Virus record (IMG/VR): IMGVR_UViG_3300048796_000126
Coordinates: 1 to 28,499 of that record
Source: a virus
Lineage: Duplodnaviria; Caudoviricetes
DNA: 28,499 bases
Reading direction: 5' to 3' (one strand)
In this document: one piece after another, positions 9,786-19,332 of the stretch
Layout: every line of letters begins with the position of its first letter
Numbering within the stretch: the stretch's first letter is position 1
The notes under the pieces: model-generated
What the model saw: the letters and a program-made list of their open reading frames with translations, nothing else
Told to the model about the DNA's origin: nothing
The model's database searches: none
Program-made: the position numbers and the translations under genes

Positions 9786-9866
9786 ATCATTGTAGATACT
9801 TGAAACTTAAGTATTTTAAATTAACCTGATACTTTATGTATCACAAATATTAAATAAAATGGAAAT

Positions 9867-10532
9867 ATGAAATTAGAAGAATTAAAACCAATAAAAGGAA
9901 TAAGAACAGATTTTAATGAGTCTTGGCTTTCTGAAATGCCTTCTGGATTAGGATCATATAGTTCTTTCGATGGAGTTGAAAGAACTATAAAAGAGTTCAA
10001 GAAATCCGGTCTTGAAATTAAGAACTTGGGTAACAACTTAAATAAAATTGATGCCGATACAGTAATTATTTATTGGTATGAAAAGGATGGCGAAATACAA
10101 CTTGGTACTGAATTGGGAATAAAAAATCAATGCTTAATGGTAAATATGACAGGTAAAAATCCAAAATTCAAAGGTAAACCTCCATATGCCAGCGATTTAT
10201 ATAATGCCATATTAAAAGATACAAATGAAAACCTTCGATTAACAAGTGATAAAACTTTGAGTGATGAAGGATATGGAATATGGAAAAAATTATTTAAATT
10301 GGGGCATACAATTTCTTTGTATAACACTTCTGATGATGCAAAAATTGGATCATCGTTAATTACATTGATATCTATTGAAGACATGGATAAATATTTTAAA
10401 GATAATGATAGTAATTATGAAAAATATCAATATGTATTATCTGAAAATTCTGTTTCATTAGCACTTGTTCGAAGTCAATTTATACTTCGTGAATATTGGG
10501 AATCAGTTCCCGGAATGCCATTAACAGATTAA
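9867..10532 (+). CDS. Hypothetical protein, possible virion-internal protein
   Basis: Preceded by ATTAAATA; N-terminus MKLEEL...WLSE. Confidence 0.7.
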   Translation: MKLEELKPIKGIRTDFNESWLSEMPSGLGSYSSFDGVERTIKEFKKSGLEIKNLGNNLNKIDADTVIIYWYEKDGEIQLGTELGIKNQCLMVNMTGKNPKFKGKPPYASDLYNAILKDTNENLRLTSDKTLSDEGYGIWKKLFKLGHTISLYNTSDDAKIGSSLITLISIEDMDKYFKDNDSNYEKYQYVLSENSVSLALVRSQFILREYWESVPGMPLTD

Positions 10533-10538
10533 GTAAAA

Positions 10539-11117
10539 ATGAATGCTGCTGATATTGATATAGATACCCCTACCACATTTAATCCAAAGGATTATTTTCC
10601 ATGGACTAAGGCATCTATTTTAAGAAGTAATGATTTATTTCCTCATCCGTGCGGTTTTTATCCTGAGAATATTCCAGAGGATAATGTAACAGGATTAGCA
10701 GCTATACCTTATGAAGATGCAGAGAATCTTGGATATTCTAAAATAGACTTTTTACATTTAAGTATTTATGATCACTTTAAAACTAGAGATGAAATTGATA
10801 CATTACTTACTATTGAACCTGATTGGGGATTGTTAGTTATTCCATCAGAACAAAAGAAATTATTTCAATTGGCAAATCATGGTGATGTATTATCAGCAGT
10901 TAAACCAAAAGATATTATGACCTTGGCAGATGTATTAGCATTGATCAGACCGGGTAAAAAGAAATTACTTAAATTATATTTGGCACAGAAAGAAACTACT
11001 AGAAAAATATTATATCAAAAAGATGAGACTGGATATTCATTTAAGAAAAGTCACGCTATATCTTATGCACATGTGATATGGTTACAACTACATCTAATCG
11101 AAATGGGACTTATATGA
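10539..11117 (+). CDS. DnaE (Pol III alpha)-like polymerase, catalytic piece
   Basis: DIDID at the N-terminus, HPCG (DnaE HAAG), GYSKIDFL (third catalytic Asp), LALIRPG, and GYSFKKSHAISYA. Confidence 0.88.
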   Translation: MNAADIDIDTPTTFNPKDYFPWTKASILRSNDLFPHPCGFYPENIPEDNVTGLAAIPYEDAENLGYSKIDFLHLSIYDHFKTRDEIDTLLTIEPDWGLLVIPSEQKKLFQLANHGDVLSAVKPKDIMTLADVLALIRPGKKKLLKLYLAQKETTRKILYQKDETGYSFKKSHAISYAHVIWLQLHLIEMGLI

Positions 11118-11434
11118 AAATATTTAATAAAATCAAGGGTTTGTTTTCTAAGAAAACGAATGATCATTTTGTGGTGGCTCCTGATGAGTTTGAAAAATTA
11201 GTACATAAGCGAGGTGATATTGTAGTATGTGAAAATGGTTGTAATGTAGCTACATTAAATTCTGCTATTTACAGAGGTGAATTAGGATATAGTACAAAGC
11301 TAGATTATTTTGAAGGACAAGCAGTAGCGAAGTCAGGTGATAAATTACCACTACATTGCAAGTGTGGAGGAGTTTATTTTGGTTTCAGAGGTTCAGAGTT
11401 TGGAGGAAAATTTAAAATTAAAGGAGCAGAATGA
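11114..11434 (+). CDS. Hypothetical protein with two Cys pairs (possible Zn ribbon)
   Basis: CENGC and CKCG; start placed at the ATGA overlap at 11114. Confidence 0.65.
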   Translation: MKIFNKIKGLFSKKTNDHFVVAPDEFEKLVHKRGDIVVCENGCNVATLNSAIYRGELGYSTKLDYFEGQAVAKSGDKLPLHCKCGGVYFGFRGSEFGGKFKIKGAE

Positions 11435-11736
11435 GTTTATCAAATTTGGAAGCGCAGTTATTGGGATTGATTACTGAAGAAGCAGCAGAGGTAATACAAA
11501 TAGTATCAAAGATTCAAAGGTTTGGATTGACATCGTATCACCCAAGAGACCCGGATAAGGTGCAGAATAGATATTTGTTAATGCAAGAATTAGGTGATTT
11601 ACAAGCAGTATTAGACATGCTATATGATACAGTAAATGAATCTTTAGGAAGAAATTCCATTATTGTTGAAGAGCAAATTAACGGGTATGCAGCATTGAAG
11701 AAAGAGAAACTAAAATTAATGTTTAAAGGAGAATAA
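11431..11736 (+). CDS. MazG-like NTP pyrophosphohydrolase
   Basis: EEAAE...QELGDL (ExxE...ExxD). Confidence 0.8.
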   Translation: MSLSNLEAQLLGLITEEAAEVIQIVSKIQRFGLTSYHPRDPDKVQNRYLLMQELGDLQAVLDMLYDTVNESLGRNSIIVEEQINGYAALKKEKLKLMFKGE

Positions 11737-11738
11737 AA

Positions 11739-12275
11739 ATGACTGCAATTGTTGGCGTAGAATTTAATGGCAAAGTATACATGGCTGGTGATCTTCAGGG
11801 TACTGGAGGCAATAATAAAATTATTCATACACAGCCAAAATTATTCAATAAAAAGGGTGTATTGTTTGGATTTACTACAAGTTACAGATTTGGTCAAATT
11901 TTAGATCATCTTCTACCTGATCCAGTAGTACCAGAGAATCCAGAAGAGGTTTATCGATGGTTGATTACTGTATTGATTCCAGATATCAAAAAAGCAATGA
12001 AAGATGCAGAATGGACTACCGGAGGCTCTTGTTTGATTGGTGTTAAGGGTCAACTATGGGAGCTTCAAAATGATTGGAGTGTTCTTAGATCAGTATCGGG
12101 GTATGCAGCAGTAGGAGCTGGCACAGAATATGGAAATGCAAGTATGATGACAAATTTGAAAATTAAACCCCCTAAAAATGGAGCAGATGTAATATTAATA
12201 TTACAAAACACTATGGAAGTAATTAGTCAATTTTGTCCATCTGTAGGACAAGAAGCATTTATTCTTGAAAGTTAA
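11739..12275 (+). CDS. HslV/proteasome-beta-like Ntn-hydrolase peptidase
   Basis: N-terminal Thr after Met (MTAIVG), MAGD, PKLF, and YAAVGAG. Confidence 0.75.
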   Translation: MTAIVGVEFNGKVYMAGDLQGTGGNNKIIHTQPKLFNKKGVLFGFTTSYRFGQILDHLLPDPVVPENPEEVYRWLITVLIPDIKKAMKDAEWTTGGSCLIGVKGQLWELQNDWSVLRSVSGYAAVGAGTEYGNASMMTNLKIKPPKNGADVILILQNTMEVISQFCPSVGQEAFILES

Positions 12276-12293
12276 TAATTTATATAGTATAAT
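12265..12293 (+). promoter_or_regulatory. Sigma70-like promoter for the CCA/NTase pair
   Basis: TTGAAA 12265-12270, 17 nt spacer, TATAAT 12288-12293. Confidence 0.65.
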
Positions 12294-12322
12294 CAAATTT
12301 ATTTATTTAGATTGGATTTAAA

Positions 12323-13477
12323 ATGATCAAAATTTACGCTGTGGGTGGAAGTGTCAGGGATTCATTACTTGGTATTGAATCTTATGACCGTGATTATGTG
12401 GTTGTAGGAGCCACAGAACAGGATATGCTCAATCTTGGATATACCAAGGTAGGAGCAGACTTCCCTGTGTTCATGGCTCCTAATGGTGATCAATATGCTT
12501 TGGCAAGGAAAGAACGTAAAACCGGTAAAGGCTATAATGGTTTTACCGTAGAATTTGATCCATCTGTTACATTGAAAGAAGACTTAGAACGGCGTGATTT
12601 AACCATTAATAGTATTGCTCAAGATTTAGAAACTGGAGAAATCATTGATTACTTTGGTGGATTGGATGATTTGAAAAATAAAGTGCTTAGACATACATCA
12701 GATGCATTTTCAGAAGACCCATTACGTGTTATTAGATTGGCAAGATTTAGTTCTAAATTTCCTGAATTTACCATTGCAGAAGATACAAAAAAACTATGTA
12801 TTGATTTAGTACAATCTGGTACATTGAATGAATTGCATGATAATCGCATCATGGTAGAAATTACAAAAGTATTTACTTATGATAATTTTATTAACTTTTT
12901 TCTTACCTTGGAAAAGTTTAGTGCATTTAATAAAGTGAATTTTTTTAAAGATTTATTTGGATATGATCAAGAATATAATATTTTTGTAATTGAGGATATA
13001 CATATTACTATTGCCAACATAATTTCTTCTATGGATATTAATCTTGTACAAAAAATAAAATATTTCACTGTTTTGTTTAGAGATGCTTATGCTGATATGA
13101 GTTCAAAATGTATTCCTAAAAACATTAAGAAATTGGCTGAACACTTTGATATAATGATAGATTTGGGATTATACGGAGGATATTATAATTTAGAGTTTTA
13201 TGAAAATATTTACGGATTTTTAAAAACAATCAAAGCATATTCAGATGTAGAAGAAGATGTTCAGGATATTGTTAATATTTTGTATATTATGGAGGAGTGT
13301 GATATTGAATGGATTTTTACCAGTGAAGATTTTGTTGATTTCCTCAATGAAGCAGTATATAATAATCCTGTTATAGCTTCTCAATTTCCAAATCTAACTG
13401 GAAAAGCTCTTGGTGAAGCTATTGAAAATAAACGCATTGAAAATGTCAAGTTGGCATTTATAAAAGTAAAGGATTAA
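12323..13477 (+). CDS. cca: Class II tRNA nucleotidyltransferase (CCA-adding enzyme), no HD domain
   Basis: YAVGGSVRD, DRDYVV, ALARKERKTGKGYNGF loop, RRDLTIN, EDPLRVIRLARF. Confidence 0.92.
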   Translation: MIKIYAVGGSVRDSLLGIESYDRDYVVVGATEQDMLNLGYTKVGADFPVFMAPNGDQYALARKERKTGKGYNGFTVEFDPSVTLKEDLERRDLTINSIAQDLETGEIIDYFGGLDDLKNKVLRHTSDAFSEDPLRVIRLARFSSKFPEFTIAEDTKKLCIDLVQSGTLNELHDNRIMVEITKVFTYDNFINFFLTLEKFSAFNKVNFFKDLFGYDQEYNIFVIEDIHITIANIISSMDINLVQKIKYFTVLFRDAYADMSSKCIPKNIKKLAEHFDIMIDLGLYGGYYNLEFYENIYGFLKTIKAYSDVEEDVQDIVNILYIMEECDIEWIFTSEDFVDFLNEAVYNNPVIASQFPNLTGKALGEAIENKRIENVKLAFIKVKD

Positions 13478-13479
13478 TA

Positions 13480-14721
13480 ATGAATCAGCTATTTAAAATT
13501 TTAACAGGTTCAAGACTATATGGTACATTTACGGATACATCCGATTATGACTATAAAGTAATTACTTTGCCTCCATTGGAAGATGTTTTGCTTGGTAAAA
13601 AATTAGTCAATTATAAAGAAGTACCTGAAGGTAAAGGTGCTCATGATTCTATGCCAGATAATGGTATTGAAACAGAATATATTCCATTACAGGTTTTCTT
13701 TAATGATTTCTTTGCTGGTCAAACTTATGCTGTAGAATTAGCTTTTGCTATTTTACAAGGTAAGTATGATTCACAGTATAATTATCAAAGCACCATTGAT
13801 AAAATTCTGTATATTTTGGAGAATCTGAATAAAGATGATTTATTGTGTGATCATACTCAGGCTATTGAAGAAATTAAAAAAATTGAAGGAGTTAGGTTTT
13901 CTGAAGAAGAATACCATAGTGATAGTTTTGATATTAATCTAATTAGGCCGGTTTTCACCATTGCACCTTTTACTGAACCAATTAAATTTCGAACTGAAGT
14001 TGGTATGCTTAAATATCATCTTAATAATTTGAAATGTGGTGATTATTCAGAAATTTATTTCTTAACTGAAATGATTCAAGATTTAGTTGAGAACTTTCTT
14101 ACTAAAGATGTAAAGAAAATGATGGGATATGCAGTATCTCAGGCTAAAGTATATGGTGCTAAAACAGATCGTTATGTTACTGTAGTATCTGCAATAGATA
14201 TTCTTAGTTCAGAAAATGGCAAATGTATTCTTAATGAAATGCCTAAATTAATAGAAGCACTTCTTAAATTACCATTTACGAATATTAATTCTACAGAAGT
14301 TAATAATGTAGTTAATAATACAATTGTCATTAATCATAAGCAATACCCTTTGTCCTGTCAATTGGATTATATTGTTAATTCACTGAAAGCTACTGAACAT
14401 ACCTATGGAGACCGGGTTAAATCTTTTCAAGGAACAGGTGCTGATTGGAAAGCAATGGCACATGCTGTTAGGATTGTAAAACAGATTCAGGAATTATCTA
14501 CTACTGGAACAATTTTATTTCCATCAAAAGATATTGATCAAATTAAATCGATCAGAAATGGCTTAATGGAAGTAGAAGATGCAACCAATTTATTGAATGA
14601 TTCGATTGTAAAAGCCGAAGAATCTATTATGAATTCGATTCTTCCAGCTAAAACTCCAGAAATGATTGAAATGTTTAATCACTGGAAAATAAATGTATTG
14701 AAATCTTTATACTACATTTGA
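13480..14721 (+). CDS. Pol-beta-superfamily nucleotidyltransferase
   Basis: GSRLYGT...SDYDYK signature; C-terminal DWKAMAHAVR. Confidence 0.85.
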   Translation: MNQLFKILTGSRLYGTFTDTSDYDYKVITLPPLEDVLLGKKLVNYKEVPEGKGAHDSMPDNGIETEYIPLQVFFNDFFAGQTYAVELAFAILQGKYDSQYNYQSTIDKILYILENLNKDDLLCDHTQAIEEIKKIEGVRFSEEEYHSDSFDINLIRPVFTIAPFTEPIKFRTEVGMLKYHLNNLKCGDYSEIYFLTEMIQDLVENFLTKDVKKMMGYAVSQAKVYGAKTDRYVTVVSAIDILSSENGKCILNEMPKLIEALLKLPFTNINSTEVNNVVNNTIVINHKQYPLSCQLDYIVNSLKATEHTYGDRVKSFQGTGADWKAMAHAVRIVKQIQELSTTGTILFPSKDIDQIKSIRNGLMEVEDATNLLNDSIVKAEESIMNSILPAKTPEMIEMFNHWKINVLKSLYYI

Positions 14722-15144
14722 TTTTTTAAATTTGATTTCCTCATGTTCCTGTGGGGAAATTACTCTGCGTCTTCTTACTTTTGAAGTATTCATTTTACTA
14801 TAGGAAAATGCATGTCCTATGATTCTTGATACATATAATGCTTCAAATGTTTTATAGATAGGAGAAAAAGTTTGAGTTAATCCAAGAGTACTAAGTTCAA
14901 TACTTAATGGATGCTTTTCAGAATTAGAATAGAACCAATTGGTAACAAGTGTTAAAAAGTCAGGAACAAAGATATTAGATTGTTCTGCAAAATCTAATAC
15001 ATAAGCACCGATTTCTGTTTCTGAAATGTTATCAATAATACATAAGTATTGTTCTCTACGATATTCTAACAGGGAAATAAATTTGTAATTTGCACTAGAA
15101 TTAACCATTTCAATTTTAAGTTCTGGTATTTTTTTCTTTGCCAT
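14707..15144 (-). CDS. Hypothetical protein
   Basis: ATG at 15144 with AAAGG SD and TATAAATA (15176-15183, minus strand) upstream. Confidence 0.75.
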   Translation of the reverse strand: MAKKKIPELKIEMVNSSANYKFISLLEYRREQYLCIIDNISETEIGAYVLDFAEQSNIFVPDFLTLVTNWFYSNSEKHPLSIELSTLGLTQTFSPIYKTFEALYVSRIIGHAFSYSKMNTSKVRRRRVISPQEHEEIKFKKSNVV

Positions 15145-15214
15145 TGTAAGACCTTTATAAAAGTTGTTATACAAGTATTTATATTATTTTGATGCTAAAA
15201 AATTGGAGATGATT

Positions 15215-15610
15215 ATGTGGAATAAAATTTTAAAATGGATTGGGATAGAAGACGTTGATGTCATAGTTACCCCAAAAAATATTGAAGAAAGGGCAAATGA
15301 TTTATATAAAAACATCTATGGAAATGGTGGTATGACAATACATAAACCATTATATGAAAATAAAGATGCCAAAATGGTTGCCTTTACTGGAGGGAAATAT
15401 GGTATTAGGAAAATGAAATCAGGCTGTTTACAATCAGCTCAGAATTTACGTTGTGACATTCCTATGTACTATAGTTTGATAAGTTTATCTAGTCCTATTA
15501 GAAAGGATTGTATGTGGTATACCCTTGGAAATGGGAATTTTGCAAATTGTTTAGGAACACATGAAGAAATTTTAAAATTATTTAATACATATTTTCCATG
15601 TGAAGTTTAG
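15215..15610 (+). CDS. Hypothetical protein
   Basis: GGAG SD before ATG 15215. Confidence 0.6.
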   Translation: MWNKILKWIGIEDVDVIVTPKNIEERANDLYKNIYGNGGMTIHKPLYENKDAKMVAFTGGKYGIRKMKSGCLQSAQNLRCDIPMYYSLISLSSPIRKDCMWYTLGNGNFANCLGTHEEILKLFNTYFPCEV

Positions 15611-15670
15611 TATTAGTTAAATCCATGGTATAATGTTTCTACTTAAGACCATTTGAAATTATAAGAGAAT

Positions 15671-16408
15671 ATGAAGATTACTAAAAAACAAGCTGCAACG
15701 ATTTCAATTCCAAGGTGGCCACAGATGTTGGTAACTGGCAAACCGGTATCCACTGAACAAGCAAAAGAAATCATTTTTGCTACCGATAGTTATTTAAATA
15801 GTATCTATGATGGTTATGGAAATTATCATAATTATAGTAACTGGTTTCAAAAAATAACTGGATATGAAAAAATAAATAATCTTGGTAATGCCAGATGGGA
15901 TATGATGGAAGTGTTTAGAAAGATTAATAATTCTCTTGAATTAGAATACTTGAGTAACAATTGGGTTATGTCCTCTTACATATATGGTCCTCATGGGTGG
16001 TGTCATCCAGATGGTACAATTTCTTATGAAGATAATGTAGGGAAATGGCCTTCCTTTGAAGAATTATTTAATGAATGGTCTCTTATTGCTACCAAATTTA
16101 CTTTTTTGGATTTGTGGGTTACATTTGTATGTATAGGTGATGACAATCTTCAAGCTGTAGATGAACCAGATACACCATTGTTTAGTTTATATGTACATAA
16201 TGGTAAAGTTACTTGTCATCAGCCAAATATGAATGTGCATAAAGATATGCATAAGCGTGATCCAGACAAAGCATTTGAAGAAATTATGTCTGATTCTTAT
16301 GAATCTGAACATGGGCTATCTGAAGAATGGGTTGTAGAATTTGCTAATCGTGTTTATCCTCTTGTAGAACAAGTATTAGGCACAGAAATAAGTGGTATTG
16401 AAGTTTAA
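15671..16408 (+). CDS. Hypothetical phage protein
   Basis: TATAAT at 15629-15634 upstream; Trp-rich motifs GPHGWCHPDG and NVGKWPS. Confidence 0.8.
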   Translation: MKITKKQAATISIPRWPQMLVTGKPVSTEQAKEIIFATDSYLNSIYDGYGNYHNYSNWFQKITGYEKINNLGNARWDMMEVFRKINNSLELEYLSNNWVMSSYIYGPHGWCHPDGTISYEDNVGKWPSFEELFNEWSLIATKFTFLDLWVTFVCIGDDNLQAVDEPDTPLFSLYVHNGKVTCHQPNMNVHKDMHKRDPDKAFEEIMSDSYESEHGLSEEWVVEFANRVYPLVEQVLGTEISGIEV

Positions 16409-16436
16409 GAAACTTACTCAGATAAAAAGGAAAAAC

Positions 16437-17747
16437 ATGCAATCTAATTTCAAAGAAATTATCCATACTTGTGAAAATACAACTGGATCAGGCTCTAAAA
16501 AGATTATTCAGGAAGTATTAGCTAAATCTGATCCAATTGCTCAACGATTGATTTATGAGGCTTTGAATTCATATCGGGTATTTGGTATTAAAAAATGGAA
16601 TGAACCAGTTCATCAGCATACTACATCTGTAAATGCTTATGATTTATTTTTTGATACACTAGATAAATTGGCTAACCGGGAATATACTGGGAATAATGCA
16701 GTAGAAATGGTTGAATTTGCTTTGTCTCATTTCTCTAAAAGTGAAGCTAAATATATTGAACGTGTTTTAGATAAAGATTTGAAATGTGGCTTTAGTGCTG
16801 ATACTTTCAATAAAGTATTTAAAAATGCCATCCCAGTATTTGACTGTATGCTGGCCGATAAGCCAGATGCAGATGATGACGAATGGTTTGATAAATACAT
16901 CAATTTTAAAGATGGTATTTATGCTGATCAGAAATTAGATGGACAACGAATTATTGCTGTGGTTAAAAAGCATGAAATTGTTTATTATTCAAGGGAAGGT
17001 AAAATTGCCTTTCAATGGAATGGAATCTTTGATCAAGATTTATATAAAATTCATCTTCATATCGGACATGATTTTGTATTAGATGGTGAAGCATATGCTT
17101 CTAATTTCACAGAAACCATGAATGCTAAAAAGAAAGATAATGCTGCTGCTAAAGCAAATTTGAATTTCAATGCATTTTTCTTTATGCCATTGGAAGATTG
17201 GTTGAACCAAAGTACTAAAATTACCATGGGATTGAATATTGATCATCTTCCTAAAATTCTTAAACATAGTAATGTCACTAAAATTGTCATGCCAAAAGGA
17301 AGAAAGGTTACTGATTATACTGACATGATGAACTTCTGCAATGAATCTATTGACGTAGATAAGGTAGAAGGGCTTATATTAAAGAATATGAATGCGGTGT
17401 ATGAATGGGATAGGAAACGTTCTTGGACTAAGGTAAAGCGGTTCTATGACATTGATGCCAAGATTGTAGGTATGTATAAAGGTAAGGCTAAAAGTAGATT
17501 TGAACATACTTTTGGTGGATTTAACTGTATTGGTTTTCTTGAAGATGGAACTCGCGTAGAATTTAATTGTGGTGGTGGATTCACAGATGCAATGAGAGAT
17601 GATATTTGGAATAATCCAGATAAGTACATTAATAAAACCGGAGTATTCAAGTATCAAGAAGTATCAAAAGGTAAGAATAAAGAATTTGCATCATTGAGAT
17701 TTAATACTTTTGTACATTTGCGGGATGATAAATTGATTGAAATTTAA
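16437..17747 (+). CDS. ATP-dependent DNA ligase
   Basis: Motif I KLDGQR, VLDGE, EGLILK, WTKVK, and an OB domain (CGGGFTD). Start at 16437 with AAGGA SD. Confidence 0.93.
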   Translation: MQSNFKEIIHTCENTTGSGSKKIIQEVLAKSDPIAQRLIYEALNSYRVFGIKKWNEPVHQHTTSVNAYDLFFDTLDKLANREYTGNNAVEMVEFALSHFSKSEAKYIERVLDKDLKCGFSADTFNKVFKNAIPVFDCMLADKPDADDDEWFDKYINFKDGIYADQKLDGQRIIAVVKKHEIVYYSREGKIAFQWNGIFDQDLYKIHLHIGHDFVLDGEAYASNFTETMNAKKKDNAAAKANLNFNAFFFMPLEDWLNQSTKITMGLNIDHLPKILKHSNVTKIVMPKGRKVTDYTDMMNFCNESIDVDKVEGLILKNMNAVYEWDRKRSWTKVKRFYDIDAKIVGMYKGKAKSRFEHTFGGFNCIGFLEDGTRVEFNCGGGFTDAMRDDIWNNPDKYINKTGVFKYQEVSKGKNKEFASLRFNTFVHLRDDKLIEI

Positions 17748-17757
17748 GAGGTAATTT

Positions 17758-17937
17758 ATGGACTTCGTTACACTTTTGTTACATATGTTTTATTTGATTA
17801 TGATTAGTATGTTTGTCGGTGGAAGTTTAGGTTATTTTGTAAAGAAATATGAAGTGTCAAAGAATAATAAAATTATTGCTTTTATAATTATAGGTTTATT
17901 TATGAGTTTTGTGGGTTATCTTTTAGGAGTATTTTAA
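17758..17937 (+). CDS. Small 2-TM membrane protein (59 aa, not in the ORF track)
   Basis: GAGG SD; MDFVTLLLHMFYLIMISMFVGG...GYLLGVF. Confidence 0.65.
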   Translation: MDFVTLLLHMFYLIMISMFVGGSLGYFVKKYEVSKNNKIIAFIIIGLFMSFVGYLLGVF

Positions 17938-18045
17938 AGAATTTATTTTTGCGGTTGTGGTGGATGTCAAAGAACTGGAACTTGGCTTATTTTAAATCAG
18001 ATTGATGTATCTGAATCTTGTTGATAATTTATGATAGGATTCACT

Positions 18046-18270
18046 ATGTCACAATCTAAAAAAGGTTCTTTAATAGAAGCCATGTCAAGTTTATTAGTAG
18101 GCATGGTTATATCAGCTTTGCTCAATTATTATGTACTTCCATTAATTGGTGTTCCAGTTTCTGGTTCTCAAAATGTCATGATGATCATTCTATTTACTTC
18201 AACTTCGTTCGTTAGAAGCTATGGCATGAGAAGATTATTTAATTGGATACACTCCAAATTTAACTTCTAA
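18046..18270 (+). CDS. Small membrane protein
   Basis: MSQSKKGSLIEA...SFVRSYGMRRLFN with two TM segments; AGGA SD. Confidence 0.75.
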   Translation: MSQSKKGSLIEAMSSLLVGMVISALLNYYVLPLIGVPVSGSQNVMMIILFTSTSFVRSYGMRRLFNWIHSKFNF

Positions 18271-18309
18271 CTGTAATTTTTTAATAAATATAGTTAAAGA
18301 AGGATATTT

Positions 18310-18468
18310 ATGAAAGTTATTGATTTACAACCATATATTAAAAAGAGAGAACTCAAAAAACTTGAAGAGCAAGTAGCTATTCTTGCTTTGGATCATGAAC
18401 ATAAAGAATGTAATACTGCTGGAAATATAAAAATTAAATTTAAGGAATGGCTTTTGCTAAGTGCTTAA
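18310..18468 (+). CDS. Hypothetical 52-aa protein (not in the ORF track)
   Basis: AAGGA SD; AATAAATA upstream; MKVIDLQPYIKKRELKKLE. Confidence 0.55.
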   Translation: MKVIDLQPYIKKRELKKLEEQVAILALDHEHKECNTAGNIKIKFKEWLLLSA

Positions 18469-18492
18469 GTTGATGAATAAGGAATAATAAAA

Positions 18493-19332
18493 ATGTTAAA
18501 AATTCGTGAAGGATCAGACTTCCATATTGGCTATCAATTTGATCAAATAAATGTAGATAGCAAAACTATTGTTAATCAAATTCTCCCTCCATTAGACGGT
18601 GATAAAGAAACCGTACTGCTTTTATGTGGGGATATCGGTGTTGCTAAACAAGTTAAAAGAATTGTAAATTTCTTGGATATAGTAGTTCCCAGATTTAAAC
18701 ACGTCATTTATTTGTTTGGAAATCATGAACATTATCACTCAAAATTAAATAATACTTTTTCTATTATTGATAATGCAGTAGCTTCTCATCTTGGTTATAC
18801 TCCAAATCTAACTATTGTTGGTAATGAACCTCAATGTATATCCATTGATGGAGTAAGATTTTTATGTAGTACTATGTGGACAGATTATGGTAATGGTGAT
18901 CCTCATGTGCATGAATTAGTTAAGAGACATATTAATGATCATCATTACATTACTAATGATGATAATTCTTTAGTTCAACCTGATGATTTATCTAAAATAT
19001 TTCATCACACTATTCAAAAATTTGAATGTCTATTAGATGGATATGACAATTCCAGAACAGTTATAGCAACACATCACATGCCATCTTTTGATGCGGTTGA
19101 TCCTATGTACATGGTTGATCCAACTACTAGAGTGTTGAATCATGCATTTGCATCTAATTTGAATGAATTTATTATTAAGCATAAACCTGCTGTTTGGTGC
19201 TTTGGTCATACTCATAACAAATATAATGATTTTATTGGTTCTACAAATTTAAAATGTAATCCATTTGGATATGCTAAAGAAATGAATTTGTATCATAAAG
19301 TATATAATCCGAGATTTAGTTTTGAGGTATAA
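18493..19332 (+). CDS. Calcineurin-like metallophosphoesterase
   Basis: SDFH, CGDIG, GNHEHY, THHMP, GHTH. Confidence 0.9.
   Translation: MLKIREGSDFHIGYQFDQINVDSKTIVNQILPPLDGDKETVLLLCGDIGVAKQVKRIVNFLDIVVPRFKHVIYLFGNHEHYHSKLNNTFSIIDNAVASHLGYTPNLTIVGNEPQCISIDGVRFLCSTMWTDYGNGDPHVHELVKRHINDHHYITNDDNSLVQPDDLSKIFHHTIQKFECLLDGYDNSRTVIATHHMPSFDAVDPMYMVDPTTRVLNHAFASNLNEFIIKHKPAVWCFGHTHNKYNDFIGSTNLKCNPFGYAKEMNLYHKVYNPRFSFEV

Noticed and set aside
5400-10600. Split intein joining the DnaE halves
   Set aside because: The first ORF ends in HN, but that directly follows the polymerase motif. Neither half has room or motifs for intein N or C parts.
17152-17161. 10-nt match (AAGCAAATTT) to the predicted TnpB guide inside the ligase
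   Set aside because: Too short for AT-rich DNA and no candidate TAM upstream.
17951-17990. GGTGGATGTCAA resembling the TnpB right end (possible orphan omegaRNA)
   Set aside because: No preceding right-end hairpin, and GATGTCAA also occurs inside coding genes (about 2077 and 6013). It also reads as a CGCGGC peptide remnant.
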